Shown here in pieces: positions 12,461 through 27,444 of a DNA stretch of 64,000 bases. The translations under genes and the position numbers were made by a program. Source of the DNA: Octopus vulgaris (lineage: Eukaryota); contig OX597814.1 in assembly GCA_951406725.2 (NCBI GenBank), positions 217,310,001-217,374,000 of the forward strand, in the 5' to 3' direction. The stretch's first letter is position 1. The number at the start of each line of letters is the position of its first letter. The notes under the pieces are model-generated. The model did not search any database, was not told the origin of the DNA, and saw nothing but the letters and a program-made list of their open reading frames with translations.

Positions 12461-13977
12461 GAGAGCTTGAGCAAGAATAAACATACAAAGGCTCTGGTAT
12501 TCAGCATGCAAGCATGAAAGAGATCAGGAAGGAATGTTATAGGAGAGTTCGTGAAGTCCTGAAATCTGAACTAAATGCACGTAACAAGGTGTTAGTTATA
12601 AATTCCTTAGCAGTTCCAGTTGTTACTTATAGCTACAATGTGTTGAACTGGAATATGAGTGAAGTAAAAAATATAGATAGGAAAATACGCAAGCTGCTGA
12701 GTTGTAATAGGATGCACCACCCAAAGGCAGACGTAGATCGCCTTTACCTCCCCAGAGCCCAAGGAGGTCGAGGCCTGATCCAATTTGAACTAGCTTACAA
12801 AACAACCACAATTGGACTGGCCAAATATCTTGAAATAACGAATGACTGGATGCTAAAGCTCGTGGAAAATCACGAGAGACGAAAGAAGCTTCATTCTATC
12901 ATAAAGGAAAGCGAAAAATTTGCTATTGATCTCGTGCAGGATACCCAAACTGAACAACCCGAGGGAAGTACGGCAACTATTGTTGCAAAGAAGGTGAAAA
13001 TAATGGCAACGAAAAAAGCGCACGAGCAATTGGCTGATAGGTGGGAGGAGAAACCTCTGCACGGCAAATATGTGGCCCGTAGCAAACAAGCTGATGTTGA
13101 CCAGAAGCAATCCCATCAGTGGCTACGGAGCTCAGGGCTAAAAGCAGAGAGCGAAGGTTTCATCCTGGCTGCTCAAGACCAAAGCCTATCAACCCGGAAC
13201 TACCAGGCCAATGTGATGAAAAATGGAGCAGACCCAAAATGCCGATTCTGCAACGACATGATTGAAACAGTGGACCACCTAATCTCTGGATGTAAAGTCT
13301 TAGCACCAGTGGAGTATAAATTAAGACATGACAGAGTTGGCCAATATCTACACTGGCTAATAAGTCGGCATTACAATATCAAAACTGCCGACAAGTGGTA
13401 TAATCACCACCCTGAAGCTGTAACTGAAGGGGAAAATGTAACGATTCTGTGGGACTTTCCGGTACATACAGACCGAACCATCAAAGCCAATAAACCGGAT
13501 ATTGTTGTGAAAGACCAAATCAATAAAGTTTGCTTATTGATCGACATGAGCATCCCCTGTGATCATAATATCTCGGCGAAAGAGTTTGACAAGCTCAGAA
13601 AATATAAAGACCTGCTCATTGAAATTAAGAAAATGTGGCATCTCAAGGCGTTACAATACCAGTGGTCGTAGGAGCACTAGGAATGATCAAGAAGGGAACC
13701 GAAAATTATATGAGAATGATCCCTGGCTTACCATCCCTGCAAGAAGTGCAAAAGATTGTCTTAACTGGTACATCACACGTACTGAAAAGAGCATTGTCGA
13801 TGTTCGAACTATTACTACCCATGTATTTTAATTTAAATTAAAAAGAAAAAATGAACGAACTAGTGAATTTAGTTTAATGGCCTACCAATGTATACTATGA
13901 GTTTCTTTGCCCTAGGAGTCGGGAAGACACTCGGCAAGAAATGGAAGCAAATTTGAAAGAAGAAGAAACAAATTAAC

Positions 13978-13980
<3 letters not shown>
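12459..13980 (+). mobile_element. 5'-truncated R4/Dong-clade retrotransposon, same family as 11041-11715
   Basis: Near-identical 3' part and UTR; flanked by (TAA)n. Confidence 0.92.
12514..13803 (+). pseudogene. C-terminal half of the R4/Dong polyprotein (RT thumb/linker, CCHC knuckle, RLE), with a 1-bp frameshift near 13650
   Basis: HHPKADVDRLYLPRAQGGRGL, AAQDQSL.TRNY, CRFCNDMIETVDHLISGC, RHD, KPD..D..K; AAGGCGTTACA here versus AAGGCGGTTACA in the sister copy. Confidence 0.9.
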
Positions 13981-14037
<57 letters not shown>

Positions 14038-14038
<1 letters not shown>

Positions 14039-14577
14039 CCCTGATGCAGTACCAGGCAGTGGCTCTCATGGCTTCTGATCTTAACTGATTGGAAGTGTTA
14101 TCATGAACATTGTTTTGTCTTGGTATAAAAGATGGGCTACAGCAAATATTCTGCTCAATACCACAGATTTTCTTGTCAGTTGTTTGACTTTAACCAGTTG
14201 AGCATGTCCCTTAGTGGCTGACGATATGTGCATCTCTGATCACGAGCAGAAGTAGTGGGGGAGCATCATAGACATGTGTTGAGAGGGATTTTTTGGGGTT
14301 TGAATAATTCACTTCTGGAAACATGGGTGTTTCGTTCAACATCCTTAAACAACCCTTATTCAGGGATCTTTTGAGCGAGATGGGTTATTCGACCTGAAGA
14401 AAATTTTAACTGGGCCCCACCTGCAAGGTCATGCGCTGTTTATCTTGATATGGGATATGGTTGTGATGCATGTGCCTGGTGTCCCCTTATCAGACAGGTA
14501 GTCATGATGGGTATATTGGGCTTCATATATTTTACCCCAGTGTCACTGTGACGCCATGCACTGCTCTCTCACTCAAG
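14038..14577. mobile_element. About 540-bp non-coding interspersed element embedded in a (TAA)n tract
   Basis: Sharp boundaries against (TAA)n on both sides; no ORF homology recognised. Confidence 0.55.
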
Positions 14578-14589
14578 AATAATAATAAC

Positions 14590-14646
<57 letters not shown>

Positions 14647-15039
14647 GGTGGTGGTGGTGGTGGTGGTGGTGGTGGTGGTGATGGTGGTGATGAAGATGAT
14701 GGCAAAATCGTTAGCGTGCTGGGCAAAATCTTTGCAGTTTTTCTTCCAGCACTTTATATTCTGTGTTCTAATGTCGCTGAGGCAAACTTTTATCTTTCAT
14801 TTTCCGCCTGGGAGATCAATAAAACAAAATACTAGAACAAAGATCTCGCCTTTTCCGTTGAAAATCAGAAAATCATTATTGCCGCCACTGCTGCTGCTGT
14901 TGATGCTGCTGCTAAATGGATTTTGAGGAAACATGTTTAATATGTAATATTTATGTTTAATATATAATATTCAGTTTTATGATTTCTTTTTGTAGTCTAT
15001 ATACCGAAAATGAGGTTAACAGTCTTACCTAGAAGGGAT

Positions 15040-15423
15040 GGGAAGCACTTCGTCGGTTACGATGACGAGGGTTTCGGTTGATCCGAATCAACGGAACAGC
15101 CTGCTCGTGAAATTAACGTGTAAGTGGCTGAGCACTCCACAGACACGTGTACCCTTAACGTAGTTCTCGGGGATATTCAGCGTGACACAGAGAGTGACAA
15201 GGCCGGCCCTTTGAAATACAGGTACAACAGAAATAGGAAGTAAGAGTGAGAGAAAGTTGTGGTGAAAGAGTACAGCAGGGATCACCACCATCCCCTGCTG
15301 GAGCCTCGTGGAGCTTTTAGGTGTTTTCGCTCAATAAACACTCACAACGCCCGGTCTGGGAATCGAGACCGCGATCCTACGACCGCGAGTCCGCTGCCCT
15401 AACCACTGGGCCATTGCGCCTCC
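15040..15423 (-). mobile_element. SINE family A with TSD CTAGAAGGGAT
   Basis: Full copy with a flanking direct repeat. Confidence 0.93.
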
Positions 15424-15685
15424 CTAGAAGGGATAACCGTTTGATTATTAGAGAGAACTAATGCACATATACCGATAACAAAGTGATTATGAGAATATAT
15501 AAGTTGAGAAATAAAATTTTGAAACGTCATTCTTTTCCGTTGTTATTACAAACTCCGTGATCAAAGGCATTTCCGACGCTTGAGCACTCAATATCACTCT
15601 TCAATCCACTCAGATACGCAGGGACTCTCCACTCAACTCGGATAGTTTCCACTAAGTTTGAATTTATAATCAATATCCTGGGATA

Positions 15686-16078
15686 CTCTTTTATCTTCTT
15701 TTACTTGTTTCAGTCACGTGACTGCGGCCATGCTGGAGCACCGCCTTTAGTCGAGCAAATCGACCCCAGGACTTATTCTTTGTAAGCCTAGTACTTATTG
15801 TATCGGACTCTTTCGCCGAACTGCTAAGTTACGGGGACGTAAACACACCAGCATCGGTTGTCAAGCGATGTTGGGGGGACAAACACAGACACACAAACAT
15901 ATACACACACGCACATACATATATAAGACGGGCTTCTTTCAGTTTCCCTCTACCAAATCACTTTGGTCGGCTCGAGGCTATAGTAGAAGACAATTGCCCA
16001 AGGTGCCACACAGTGGGACTGAACCCGGAACCATGTGGTTGGTAAGCAAGCTACTTACCACACAGCCACTCCTGCGCC
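15686..16078 (-). mobile_element. SINE family B
   Basis: Full head and tail motifs. Confidence 0.9.
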
Positions 16079-16109
16079 TGAATATCATATATTAAACTTG
16101 GAAATAACT

Positions 16110-16910
16110 CTTCTCCTCTTTTACTTGTCTCAGTCATTTGACTACAGCCATGCTGGTGCACCGCTCTAAAGGGTGTCAGTCGAACAAATCGACCCCAGGA
16201 CTTATTCTTTGTAAGCCTAGTACAGTAGAACCTTACAGTACGAGTAATTTGCTATACAATCCGAGGCTGGTGCGAATGTTTGTCTTGAAGTCCGTGCGGA
16301 AATCCGCAGTACCAGCACACAAATCGTCCATCTTTAGAGTAATACACTTAATTAAAACCAGTTTACATTTTCCTTTGTGCATTCTCTTTTGTATAATCAT
16401 CGTTTTACTTGTAACTACACCTTTACTGTTTTAAAACCTAGAAAAAAATTATTTTTGAGTGGGGTTTTTGGGGGGTGGGGTGAGGTGGGGGTGCTAGAAC
16501 GGATTAATTACATTTTAGTTAAATTTCAATGGAGAAAATTGATTTGTAAAACGAGTAAATCATAAGACGAGTTCGGTCACGGAATGAATTGAACTCATAC
16601 TGCAAAGTATCAGTATACTTGTTCTATTGCTCTCTTTTGTCGAACCGCTAAGTTACGGGGACGTAAACACACCAACATCGGTTCTCAAGTGATAGTGGAG
16701 GAACAAACAGAGACACAAGACACACGCACATATGTGTGTGTGTGTGTGTGTGACGGGCTTCCTTCAGTTTCCGCCGACCAAATCCACTCACAAGGTTTAG
16801 GTTGGTCCCTGGTTATAGTAGAAGACTTTAACCGAGGTGCCACGCAGTGGGACTGAACCTGGAACCGTGTGATTGGGTATGAAGCTTCTTACCTGCCAAT
16901 TAGCCACACG
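16110..16910 (-). mobile_element. SINE family B interrupted by a MITE
   Basis: SINE sequence CCTAGTA|CTT.TTCTAT is split at TA by the 16223-16615 insert. Confidence 0.85.
16223..16615. mobile_element. Tigger/pogo-type MITE with TA TSD
   Basis: Starts CAGTAGAACCT; right end GGTCACGGAATGAATTGAACTCATACTGCA matches the reverse complement of the Tigger end at 49542. Confidence 0.75.
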
Positions 16911-17902
16911 CTCTCTTTATTTGATCTTCACTTTAGGTTTTATTCGTATTATTTTTTTTTTTTTACTATACGTTTGTCAAAGTTCTTTCATCACATATTT
17001 TGTAACCGCATCTGCCCTATGAGTCTCGTCTTGTTCTGCTTATTCCATTTTCAAAAGATGTATAAACTAAAAATAATACGAATAAAAACTAATTAAAAAA
17101 AAACGAATAAAAAATAGGGCGTGTGTTTAATTGGCAAAAAAATAAAATACAAGAAGAGAGAGACCATCAGCAAGTATAACAATATCTGTTTCAAAACATG
17201 TTTTCACATCCAAAAATCTTGCAAAACAAAAACATATTATACTCTTCGTATTTGTTTAGATTTAGTAATGACGATAGTCTTCACAGGTTAATGAAATAAT
17301 GTTCTTAAATGTTTGTGAGTTGTAAAATTAGCAGTGACATAATTTTAGTTTAATTCATAAATGTCGAAATTTACGCCAATAACAACGAGTATAATGAAAA
17401 TATCTCTACGAATGTCAGCATTAAGAAATTGTAGTTGAAAATATGAAAATTAAAATTAAAATTATAAGCCTGAATAACGTAAGGGAAGTAATCGAGAAAT
17501 ATATATTTACATTTATCTCCCCTGCACGCTTCAGTTAATTAAAGGTTCTCAAACATGTCATGCCTAAAAGAGAGAAAAGTTTTATCCTGCCTAGGATGAC
17601 AAAAGATCTGTGTTGTCAACATTTTGATATTTTATTTTTGCGCTGTTAGAATTAACAATAAAATACCAACCGAATTTGATGCTCCCTGCTTTTTAGAGTT
17701 TTCACAGGACCCTCGTCTAGGGAAGGTCTCTCTGTTCCAATATGAAACCCTGTTCTAAAATGAGTATCATTTTAATTTTTTTTAGATCATTAATTACCAG
17801 ACGTGTATATTTTAACAGATCAGGCATTATATGCAGTTCTTTTCCCATTAAATGTGTGAGCATTCAACCGGGGTGGGGGTGGGGGGACTGAGTTGTTGAA
17901 AA

Positions 17903-18112
17903 AGAGGGTAATTTTCTACTCTTCTCCTCTGGGAGCCATCTACCCGCAATACCAGAGGGCGCGCACTCTCCCTACCCTGATGTAATCTCCAGGGATACAG
18001 GCACCAGCAACAGGACCTCCTGTAATGCCATGATGGACCGTGAAGTCTGGTGTAGCATGGTAAATTCCATTGTCTCGCCCACGGTCGAACAATGATGATG
18101 ATGATGATGATG
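17903..18112 (+). mobile_element. 3' end of an RTE/RTEX-like LINE with an (ATG)n tail
   Basis: Frameshifted LLLWEP..RG..SYPDVISRDTG..AMMDREVW followed by (ATG)n. Confidence 0.7.
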
Positions 18113-18281
18113 AGTTGTTGATTCTGCATCCCCAGTTTACCCTTCTTTCGAAGTCAGTATATATAAATGGAAGAAAAAAACAGAAACAAAAACAAAAGAC
18201 ACAAAAAAATCATCATAACTTTATGATAATCCTATGGTATGATAGATAATAATAGAGCATCGAGTAGCAAAAGCTAACGAC

Positions 18282-18342
<61 letters not shown>

Positions 18343-18355
18343 TAATAATAATAAT

Positions 18356-18395
<40 letters not shown>

Positions 18396-18442
18396 TTAAT
18401 AATAATTATAATAATAATAATAATAATAATAAAAATAATAAT

Positions 18443-18478
<36 letters not shown>

Positions 18479-18493
18479 TATAATAATAATAAT

Positions 18494-18545
<52 letters not shown>

Positions 18546-18572
18546 TATAATAATAATAATAATAATAATAAT

Positions 18573-18608
<36 letters not shown>
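18282..18608. repeat. (TAA)n microsatellite
   Basis: Directly visible. Confidence 0.95.
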
Positions 18609-18609
<1 letters not shown>

Positions 18610-18660
18610 TTTTCTGCTATAAGTACAAGACCTGAAATTGTGGGGGAGGGGATTCGTCGA

Positions 18661-19195
18661 TTTTCCAGGGTGATTTTTCTGTCACCCTTGCTTTTCTGTC
18701 TTACTCTGACCCCGTAAACAAACTAGTTAAATGAAACCATCCTGAGTTATAGATGCTATGGACAAACAATAAACCATATTCTGTACATGGATGATTTTAA
18801 AATTGTCTCTAAAGATACCAGAGAAACCTTCTGATGAAAATATTGTTCAAAAAGAAGTGGGGAAATTGTCAAAGTACAAAACCCCTTGAAATTGGAGTAT
18901 TCAAGATGTGGGGCATGAAGGCGAAAACAATACCAGTAATAACTGGAGCACTGGGCATGATAAAAATCATTTGAACAAAAACGTAGAAGCTGTACCTGGA
19001 TCCTCAACACTACACACTGTCCAAATAGTAGCCCTACTAGGAACAGCCCACATCCTACGCAAGACACTACAACTCAAACAAAGCAATCCACAAAAACAAG
19101 ACACACTCTATATAGCAAATATCCAATAAAATAAACTACCATCAGCAGGCCACATACCCAACGCATTACACACGCAACTGCATCACACGCCATTA
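18661..19195 (+). mobile_element. Degenerate, internally deleted R4/Dong element
   Basis: RT remnants FQGD.LSPLLFC and INHILYMDD, then RLE C-terminus MWGMKAKTIPVITGALGMIK..ALLGTAHILRKTL. Confidence 0.75.
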
Positions 19196-19199
19196 AAAA

Positions 19200-20050
19200 A
19201 AAAACTGACGCAATACAATACCAAGAAGAGTTTGCATACTCCCAACTGCAAAAAAGAACACACAATGCTGCACATACCTCAGCAATACGGTAACAGGTAA
19301 CAGTAACAGGTGATGCAGTGGAAATTTGCCTGACCCTAAATGCAGATTCTGCGACACATTTGACGTAACAATAGAGCACCACTTTTTGGGATGTCCTGTG
19401 CTGGCACCAGACGAATACAAAAATGCCACGATAGAGTAGGACAGTCTTCACATTGGAAAATATGTAATCACTATAAAATCGGTACTCCTGCTTACTGGAG
19501 GTAAAAATGTCACTATCTTCTGGGATTTTCCAGTTAACACCAACAGAACGATCCAGGCTAATCGACCAGACATAATTATTAAAGACAGGGAAGAGAATAC
19601 TTGTAAATTAATAGATGTAAGTGGTCCCACTGATGAAAATATATCTGTAAAGGAATTTGACAAATTAAATAAATATAAAAACCTGAAATTGAAATACAAA
19701 AGATGTGGAATTTGAAAGCAAGAACTGTTCTTGTTATTATATGTGCCCTTGGTATAATAAAAAGGGATGTCAGAAACATCTAGATAATATTCCAGGAGAA
19801 CCATGTCTCAGAGAAATCCAAAAGATTGTTCTAACAAGTACTGCTCACATCCTTAGAAAAAACCTTATCAATTAAATGTCTGTGTTGTATTACATGTACA
19901 GATATTTCACATATGCAAGCCCTGCCACTTCCCCTCTCCCCTAAACTTTCAGTCATACTGTAACATCTCTGATCCTCCACTCACCCCAGGACGCTGGGTG
20001 TGTCTCAGCAAGTGATTGTAACAAACATTGAGATTAAAAGTGCACAACAG
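19200..20050 (+). mobile_element. Degenerate R4/Dong element (different subfamily)
   Basis: PKCRFC..GCPVLAP..HDRVG, TILWDFPVNTNRTIQANRPDIIIKD..IDVS, multiple frameshifts; distinct 3' UTR. Confidence 0.8.
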
Positions 20051-20062
20051 TAATAATACACA

Positions 20063-20208
20063 ATCCTTTCTACTGAAGGCACAAGTCCTGAAATTTTGAG
20101 GGAGGGGACTAGTCAGATTAAATCGGACCCCACTGCATTTATTTTACCAACCCCGAAAGGACAGAAAGGCAAATTTGACCTCGGCGGAATTTGAACGTGA
20201 CGGACGAA
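20063..20208 (-). mobile_element. SINE family C, truncated
   Basis: Tail CCTTTCTACTGAAGGCACAAG and core. Confidence 0.8.
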
Positions 20209-20228
20209 ATAATAATAATAATAATAAT

Positions 20229-20282
<54 letters not shown>

Positions 20283-20312
20283 TATAATAATAATTATAAT
20301 AATAATAATACA

Positions 20313-20706
20313 TAAGATAATATCCCAGGAGAACCATGCCTCAGAGAAATCCAAAAGATTGTTCTAACAAGTACTGCTCACATCCTTAGAAAAACCTTAT
20401 CAATTTAAATGTCGTGTTGTATTACATGAAGATATTTCGCTACTGCCCCTGCCACTTCCCCTCCCCTAAACTTTCAGTCATACTGTAACATCTCTTATCT
20501 TCCACTCACCACAGGACGCTGGGTGTGTCTCATTGTAACAAACATTGAGATTAAAAGTAAATAACAGTAATAATAATAATCCTTTCTACTGAAGGCACAA
20601 GTCCTGAAATTTTGAGGGAGGGGACTAATTAAATCGACCCCAATGTACTTATTTTACCAACCGAAAGGATAAATTTGACCTCAGCGAATTTGAACGTGAC
20701 GGACGA

Positions 20707-20708
<2 letters not shown>
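20313..20708 (+). repeat. Tandem duplicate of about 19780-20208 (Dong 3' end + SINE C)
   Basis: Same sequence order with many small deletions. Confidence 0.88.
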
Positions 20709-20772
<64 letters not shown>

Positions 20773-20810
20773 TATAATAATAATTATAATAATAATAATA
20801 ATAATAATTA

Positions 20811-21197
20811 TACAAGATAGAGAAATTAAGCAAGACCAGATATAGTTGTCAGAGATCTACAATACCGCTGATGAAAAAGAATGGAGAAACTCTCAAAATA
20901 CAAAGACCTGGAAATAGAGGCAACTAGAATGTGGAATCTGAAAACAGAAACAATTCCTATCATAGTAGGTGCATTAGGCATGATAAAAAAATATTCAGAC
21001 AAATACATAACAAAAACACCAGGACTTACAAACACATATAACATACAGAAAATTGCACTACTAGGCACTGCACACATCCTACGCAGAACACTTCCATAAA
21101 TAACCATCAGAGCATCACAACAAATCACAGCACATACCTAAGGTAACAGAGCTGCGCTCGGTAGTGAAGTGAAAGCACAATAATAAAAATAAAACTA

Positions 21198-21203
<6 letters not shown>
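20811..21203 (+). mobile_element. Short 5'-truncated R4/Dong element
   Basis: RPDIVV..EKLSKYKDLEIEATRMWNLKTETIPIIVGALGMIKK..ALLGTAHILRRTL; own 3' UTR; flanked by (TAA)n. Confidence 0.85.
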
Positions 21204-23059
<1,856 letters not shown>

Positions 23060-23060
<1 letters not shown>

Positions 23061-23218
23061 TCTTTCTACTAAAGGCACAAGGCCTGAAATTTGTGGGGAG
23101 GGGACTAGTCGATTACATCGACCCCAGTGTTTTACTGGTACTTAATTTATTGACCCCTAAAGGATGAAAGCAAAGTCAACCTTGGCAGAAATAGAACTCA
23201 GAACGTCGCGACGAACAA
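23060..23218 (-). mobile_element. SINE family C, 5'-truncated; its tail runs into the large (TAA)n array
   Basis: TTCTTTCTACTAAAGGCACAAGGCC tail and core. Confidence 0.85.
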
Positions 23219-24003
23219 AGGGAGAGCAATCCATTGGGAGCTTTGTAGAAAGCTGGGATTTGAACATACTGATAAATGGTATGAACATGAGCCTAGTAAA
23301 GTACTAGAAAGTAAGAAATATAAGATGTTGTGGGACTATAACATTCAGACTGACAGGGTAATAGAAGCTAGAAGGCCTGATTTGGTAGTAGTAGATAATG
23401 AGATTAGAAAGTGCCAGATAATTGACTTTACAGTCCCAAATGATGAAAAAGTTAATATGAGAAGTATAGAAAAAGTAGCAAAGTACCAGGACCAAGCTAT
23501 TGAATTACAGGAACTATGGTTAACGTTCGTGATGAATCCGGCACCTTTCGTGGCACGTAAAAGCACCCACTACACTCACGGAGTGGTTGGCGTTAGGAAG
23601 GGCATCAAGCCGTAGAAACATTACCAGATCAGACTGGGCCTGGTGCAGCCTTCTGGCTTCCCAGACCCCAGTTGAACCATCCAACCCATGCTATCATGGA
23701 ACGTGGACGCTAAACGATGATAATGATGATGATGGTAAGTGCAGATAAAATGTATCCCAGTAGTTATAGGTGCATTAGGAACTATCCCTAAAAATCTGAA
23801 CAGATGGATAGAGGAAATAGGCATAAAACCCAGCTTAGTGCAACTCCAGAAAACAGCTAGGATACTTAGGAGGGTTCTTGACATCAAAGGTTACTTGCTG
23901 TAACCCAATAGGAAGGTCCTTGGCATCTAAGGCTACTTGCTGTAGCCCGATGTTAGGATTTCTTTTCTTTTCGGTTGAGTCTAATCTGTTGAGTGTATAT
24001 GAA
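23219..24003 (+). mobile_element. R4/Dong element fragment interrupted by a SINE
   Basis: IHWELC..KWYEHEP..MLWDYNIQTDRVIEARRPDLVV..IIDFTVP..KYQD resumes at about 23735 with IPVVIGALGTIPK. Confidence 0.85.
23521..23734 (+). mobile_element. 5'-truncated SINE with a Meta-domain-like core and RTE-type (GAT)n tail
   Basis: GGTTGGCGTTAGGAAGGGCATC.AGCCGTAGAAAC core; CAACCCATGC..CATGGAA..GGACG.TAAACGATGATGAT tail; short ATGGT duplication. Confidence 0.7.
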
Positions 24004-24017
24004 TGATAATAATAATA

Positions 24018-24380
24018 ACCCTTTCTACTCTAGGCACAAGGCCTGAAATTTGCGAGGAGAAGCCAGTCGATTAGATCAACCCCAATACGCAACTGGTACT
24101 TAATTTATCGACCCCGAAAGGATGAAAAGTAAAGTCGACCATGGCGGAATTTGAACTCAGAACTTAAAGATGGACGAAATACCGCTAAGCATTTCGTCCA
24201 TGGTACTAACAATTCTGCCACCTCACCGCCTTTTTTATAATCCTTTCTACTATAGGCACAAGACCAGAAATATGGTGGAGAAACGACGAGTCGTTTATAT
24301 CGACCCCGAAAGGATAAAAGGCAAAGTCGACCTCGGTAGAATTTGAATTCAGAACGTAAATACGGACGAAATATAAGGCC
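24018..24380 (-). mobile_element. Two SINE family C copies
   Basis: Copies at about 24018-24230 and 24240-24380. Confidence 0.85.
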
Positions 24381-24575
24381 AGTAGTTTTGAGGATTTGTA
24401 CTTAGTAGGTAAAGACAAAGTTGGTAAAGTCTTAGTGAAAGACAAAGCTGATCTCAGCAGAATTTGAACTCGGAATATAAAGAGCCACTGGAAATATAAG
24501 TTTTTTTATAACATTTCCTACAAAAGATCTATAACCTTTGAGGACGCGGATTGTTAGGTGAGTATGGTGGATGGA

Positions 24576-24945
24576 TGGAAGCACTCCGTCGGTTACGACG
24601 ACGAGGGTTCCGGTTGATCCGAATCAACGGAACAGCCTGCTCGTGAAATTAACATGTAAGTGGCTGAGCACTCCACAGACACGTGTACCCTTAACGTAGT
24701 TCTCGGGGATATTCAGCCTGACACAGAGAGTGACAAGGCCGGCCCTTTGAAATACAAGGTACAACAGAAACAGGAAGTAAGAGTAAGAGAAAGTTGTGGT
24801 GAAAGAGTACAGCAGGGATCACCACCATCCCCTACCGGAGCCTCGTGGAGCTTTAGGTGTTTTCGCTCAATAAACACTCACAACGCCCGGTCTGGGAATC
24901 GAAACCGCGAGTCCGCTGCCCTAACCACTGGGCCATTGCACCTCC
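24576..24945 (-). mobile_element. SINE family A with TSD GGTGAGTATGGT
   Basis: Near-full copy with a short deletion in the head; 12-bp direct repeat. Confidence 0.92.
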
Positions 24946-25355
24946 TTGGTGAGTATGGTACTATTGAAGAGACAACTTGTAAATAAGTATCACTCGGTTG
25001 AACTCTACTTTACAAAGAACTACAGTATAAGCAATGTCCTATAATGAAAGACGTTCTGGCCGTGACTATCTCGTCCTTTTCTCAGACAGTGTGTATTTAT
25101 GATTATCACATTTTGGTGCACATTGTTCAAAAAGTTTTTTAAAACTTCAGGGACATGATCAGGATTAAGAACATGTTGGATTCCCAAGGCTAATAACTTT
25201 TTAATTATGAAATTATAGGGAAAATGAATTTCATTTTCATAGGCAGTGACGATAACCACAAAGATCCCCCAATTATTAAAATGGATCTTTAATTCTCTAA
25301 CTAGATAAAAAAAAAAAACCTTAAAATTTGTGTTATTAGTAATTATATAGTAAAA

Positions 25356-25862
25356 CTAGCAGCATAGCCCGGCATTGCCCGGGTATGTAAGAGCCCCTGG
25401 AGCAGACATAATGCTCGCTGTGAATTTAAAAAAAAATTCCTGCCAATTTGTGAAAGATATTGTCGAAAATATGTCATCTTGAATTTGAACGCGATTTCCC
25501 AAAATGGCATGATTTTATCGATTTTTTCTGATGGTAAGGTATTGCATGGAAAACTAACGTCAGAATTAAGTTTCTTAGGGTAGCATTAAGCTTCACCATG
25601 AGTTTGGTGAAAATCGATTGCAAGTTGCGAAAACTACAACAGAAAATGTGTTGCAAATAAAAAGCTTAGATTCTCGACCCCATGTCGAATTTACCAATTT
25701 TTTCAGAACTGGGGGAACTTTTCAAAATTTTCGCTGCGTTCGTTTTGAATTATGACATTGGGCTATGTGTGTGTCAAGTTTCATCAGAATCGGTTGAAAG
25801 CCGTGTTCAGGGTGAGGGTACAACCTGACAGACACACAGACACACAGACAAACTTATGTTAT
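25356..25862 (-). mobile_element. Non-autonomous Helitron-type element
   Basis: Minus-strand 3' end CCCGGGCAATGCCGGG...CTAG; other end AAGTTTCATCAGAATCGG..(ACAG/ACAC)n as in non-autonomous rolling-circle elements. Confidence 0.75.
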
Positions 25863-25878
25863 ACAAAAATTATTATTA

Positions 25879-26090
25879 CCGTATTTGACGGCATGAAAGA
25901 TGCACAAGCATATTAGATGCATCTTAATTTCAGCAGCGTAAGTTCAGGAGTAAAAAGTGTTTAGTAAATTAAAGATTGTACTATACGCCAAACTTTGCAT
26001 ATAGGATCCGAGGTGATTTAAACAATTTTTTTAGACTACCCCACATTCACCCTACTCCCCCAAGTATACCTTATATACCATCAAATACGG
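25879..26090. mobile_element. Tc1/mariner-pogo MITE with TA flanks
   Basis: TIRs CCGTATTTGA.GG / CC.TCAAATACGG. Confidence 0.75.
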
Positions 26091-26194
26091 TAATTTTATA
26101 TTATAATCATTGGCATTCCAGTCGATCCGATTAAGGAACAACCAGCTCACGAAAATGATTATTAACTTCTTTAGTCAATAAATGAAAGGCACAA

Positions 26195-26465
26195 TGTCAG
26201 TCGATCCCTTGTACTTATCCAGTCGCTAAGTTACTGAGGACGTACACAAAACTAACACTAGTTACCAAGCGTTGAGCACACATACACACAAACACACACA
26301 AGCATGTACATGTGTGTATGTGCGATAGGCTTCTTTCAATTTCCGGCAGCCAAATTCACTAAGAAGGCTTTGGTCAGCCGAAGGTGTTACGCAGTGGGGC
26401 GGACTGAACCTGGAACCGTAAACCATGTGGTTTGAAAGCAAGCTTCTTATCACATAGCCGCGCTT
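26195..26465 (-). mobile_element. Degenerate SINE family B
   Basis: Remnant motifs GGACTGAACCTGGAACC and CAAATTCAC. Confidence 0.65.
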
Positions 26466-26857
26466 GCGTTTACAATTTCAGGGTTTTAAAGACATGATTT
26501 TATTTCCGCGACACATTTAGCTACATCTGGCGGTACACCAATAAAGCCGAGGCCTTAAATGTCATTATTCCTTTATCTAATGTCATGCGATTTGTTTTTT
26601 AAGAAAGTCGAACAAATATACTGTTACCTAGTAACGGAGATAACAAGCTGTCGACCCGCTTAAAAGAGATAAACGACATCAAAGATAAGCATCTAGGGAC
26701 AGCAGATTTGGTCAATCACGCACTCGACCGCAATCATATACCTATACACTCACACACATATACACATGCATATAAATATATACACACGACATAGACATAC
26801 ACACACATACATAGACATGCACACATACATACATACATACATACATACATACATACA

Positions 26858-26888
<31 letters not shown>

Positions 26889-26896
26889 GTGTGTGT

Positions 26897-26961
<65 letters not shown>

Positions 26962-27119
26962 CAGAATATGGGGGTTTAGTTCACTGGTGATCTAAACGAA
27001 TAAGTACGCTGGGTAAATGCTGTAACGGATTATCATGGTTCCAAGCTAGCGTAACTGAGACGTGAGCTATGGATCCATTTAAGATTTCTGATTTAGCAGA
27101 TATATTGTAGTCCTCTTTC

Positions 27120-27208
<89 letters not shown>

Positions 27209-27210
<2 letters not shown>

Positions 27211-27373
27211 CGCAGGAGTGGCTGTGTGGTAAGTAGCTTGCTAACCAACCACATGGTTCCGGGTTCAGTGCCACTGCGTGGCATCTTGGGCAAGCGTCTT
27301 CTGCTATAGCCCCGGGCCGACCAATGCCTTGTGAGTGGATTTGGTAGACGGAAACTGAAAGAAGCCTGTCGTA

Positions 27374-27444
<71 letters not shown>

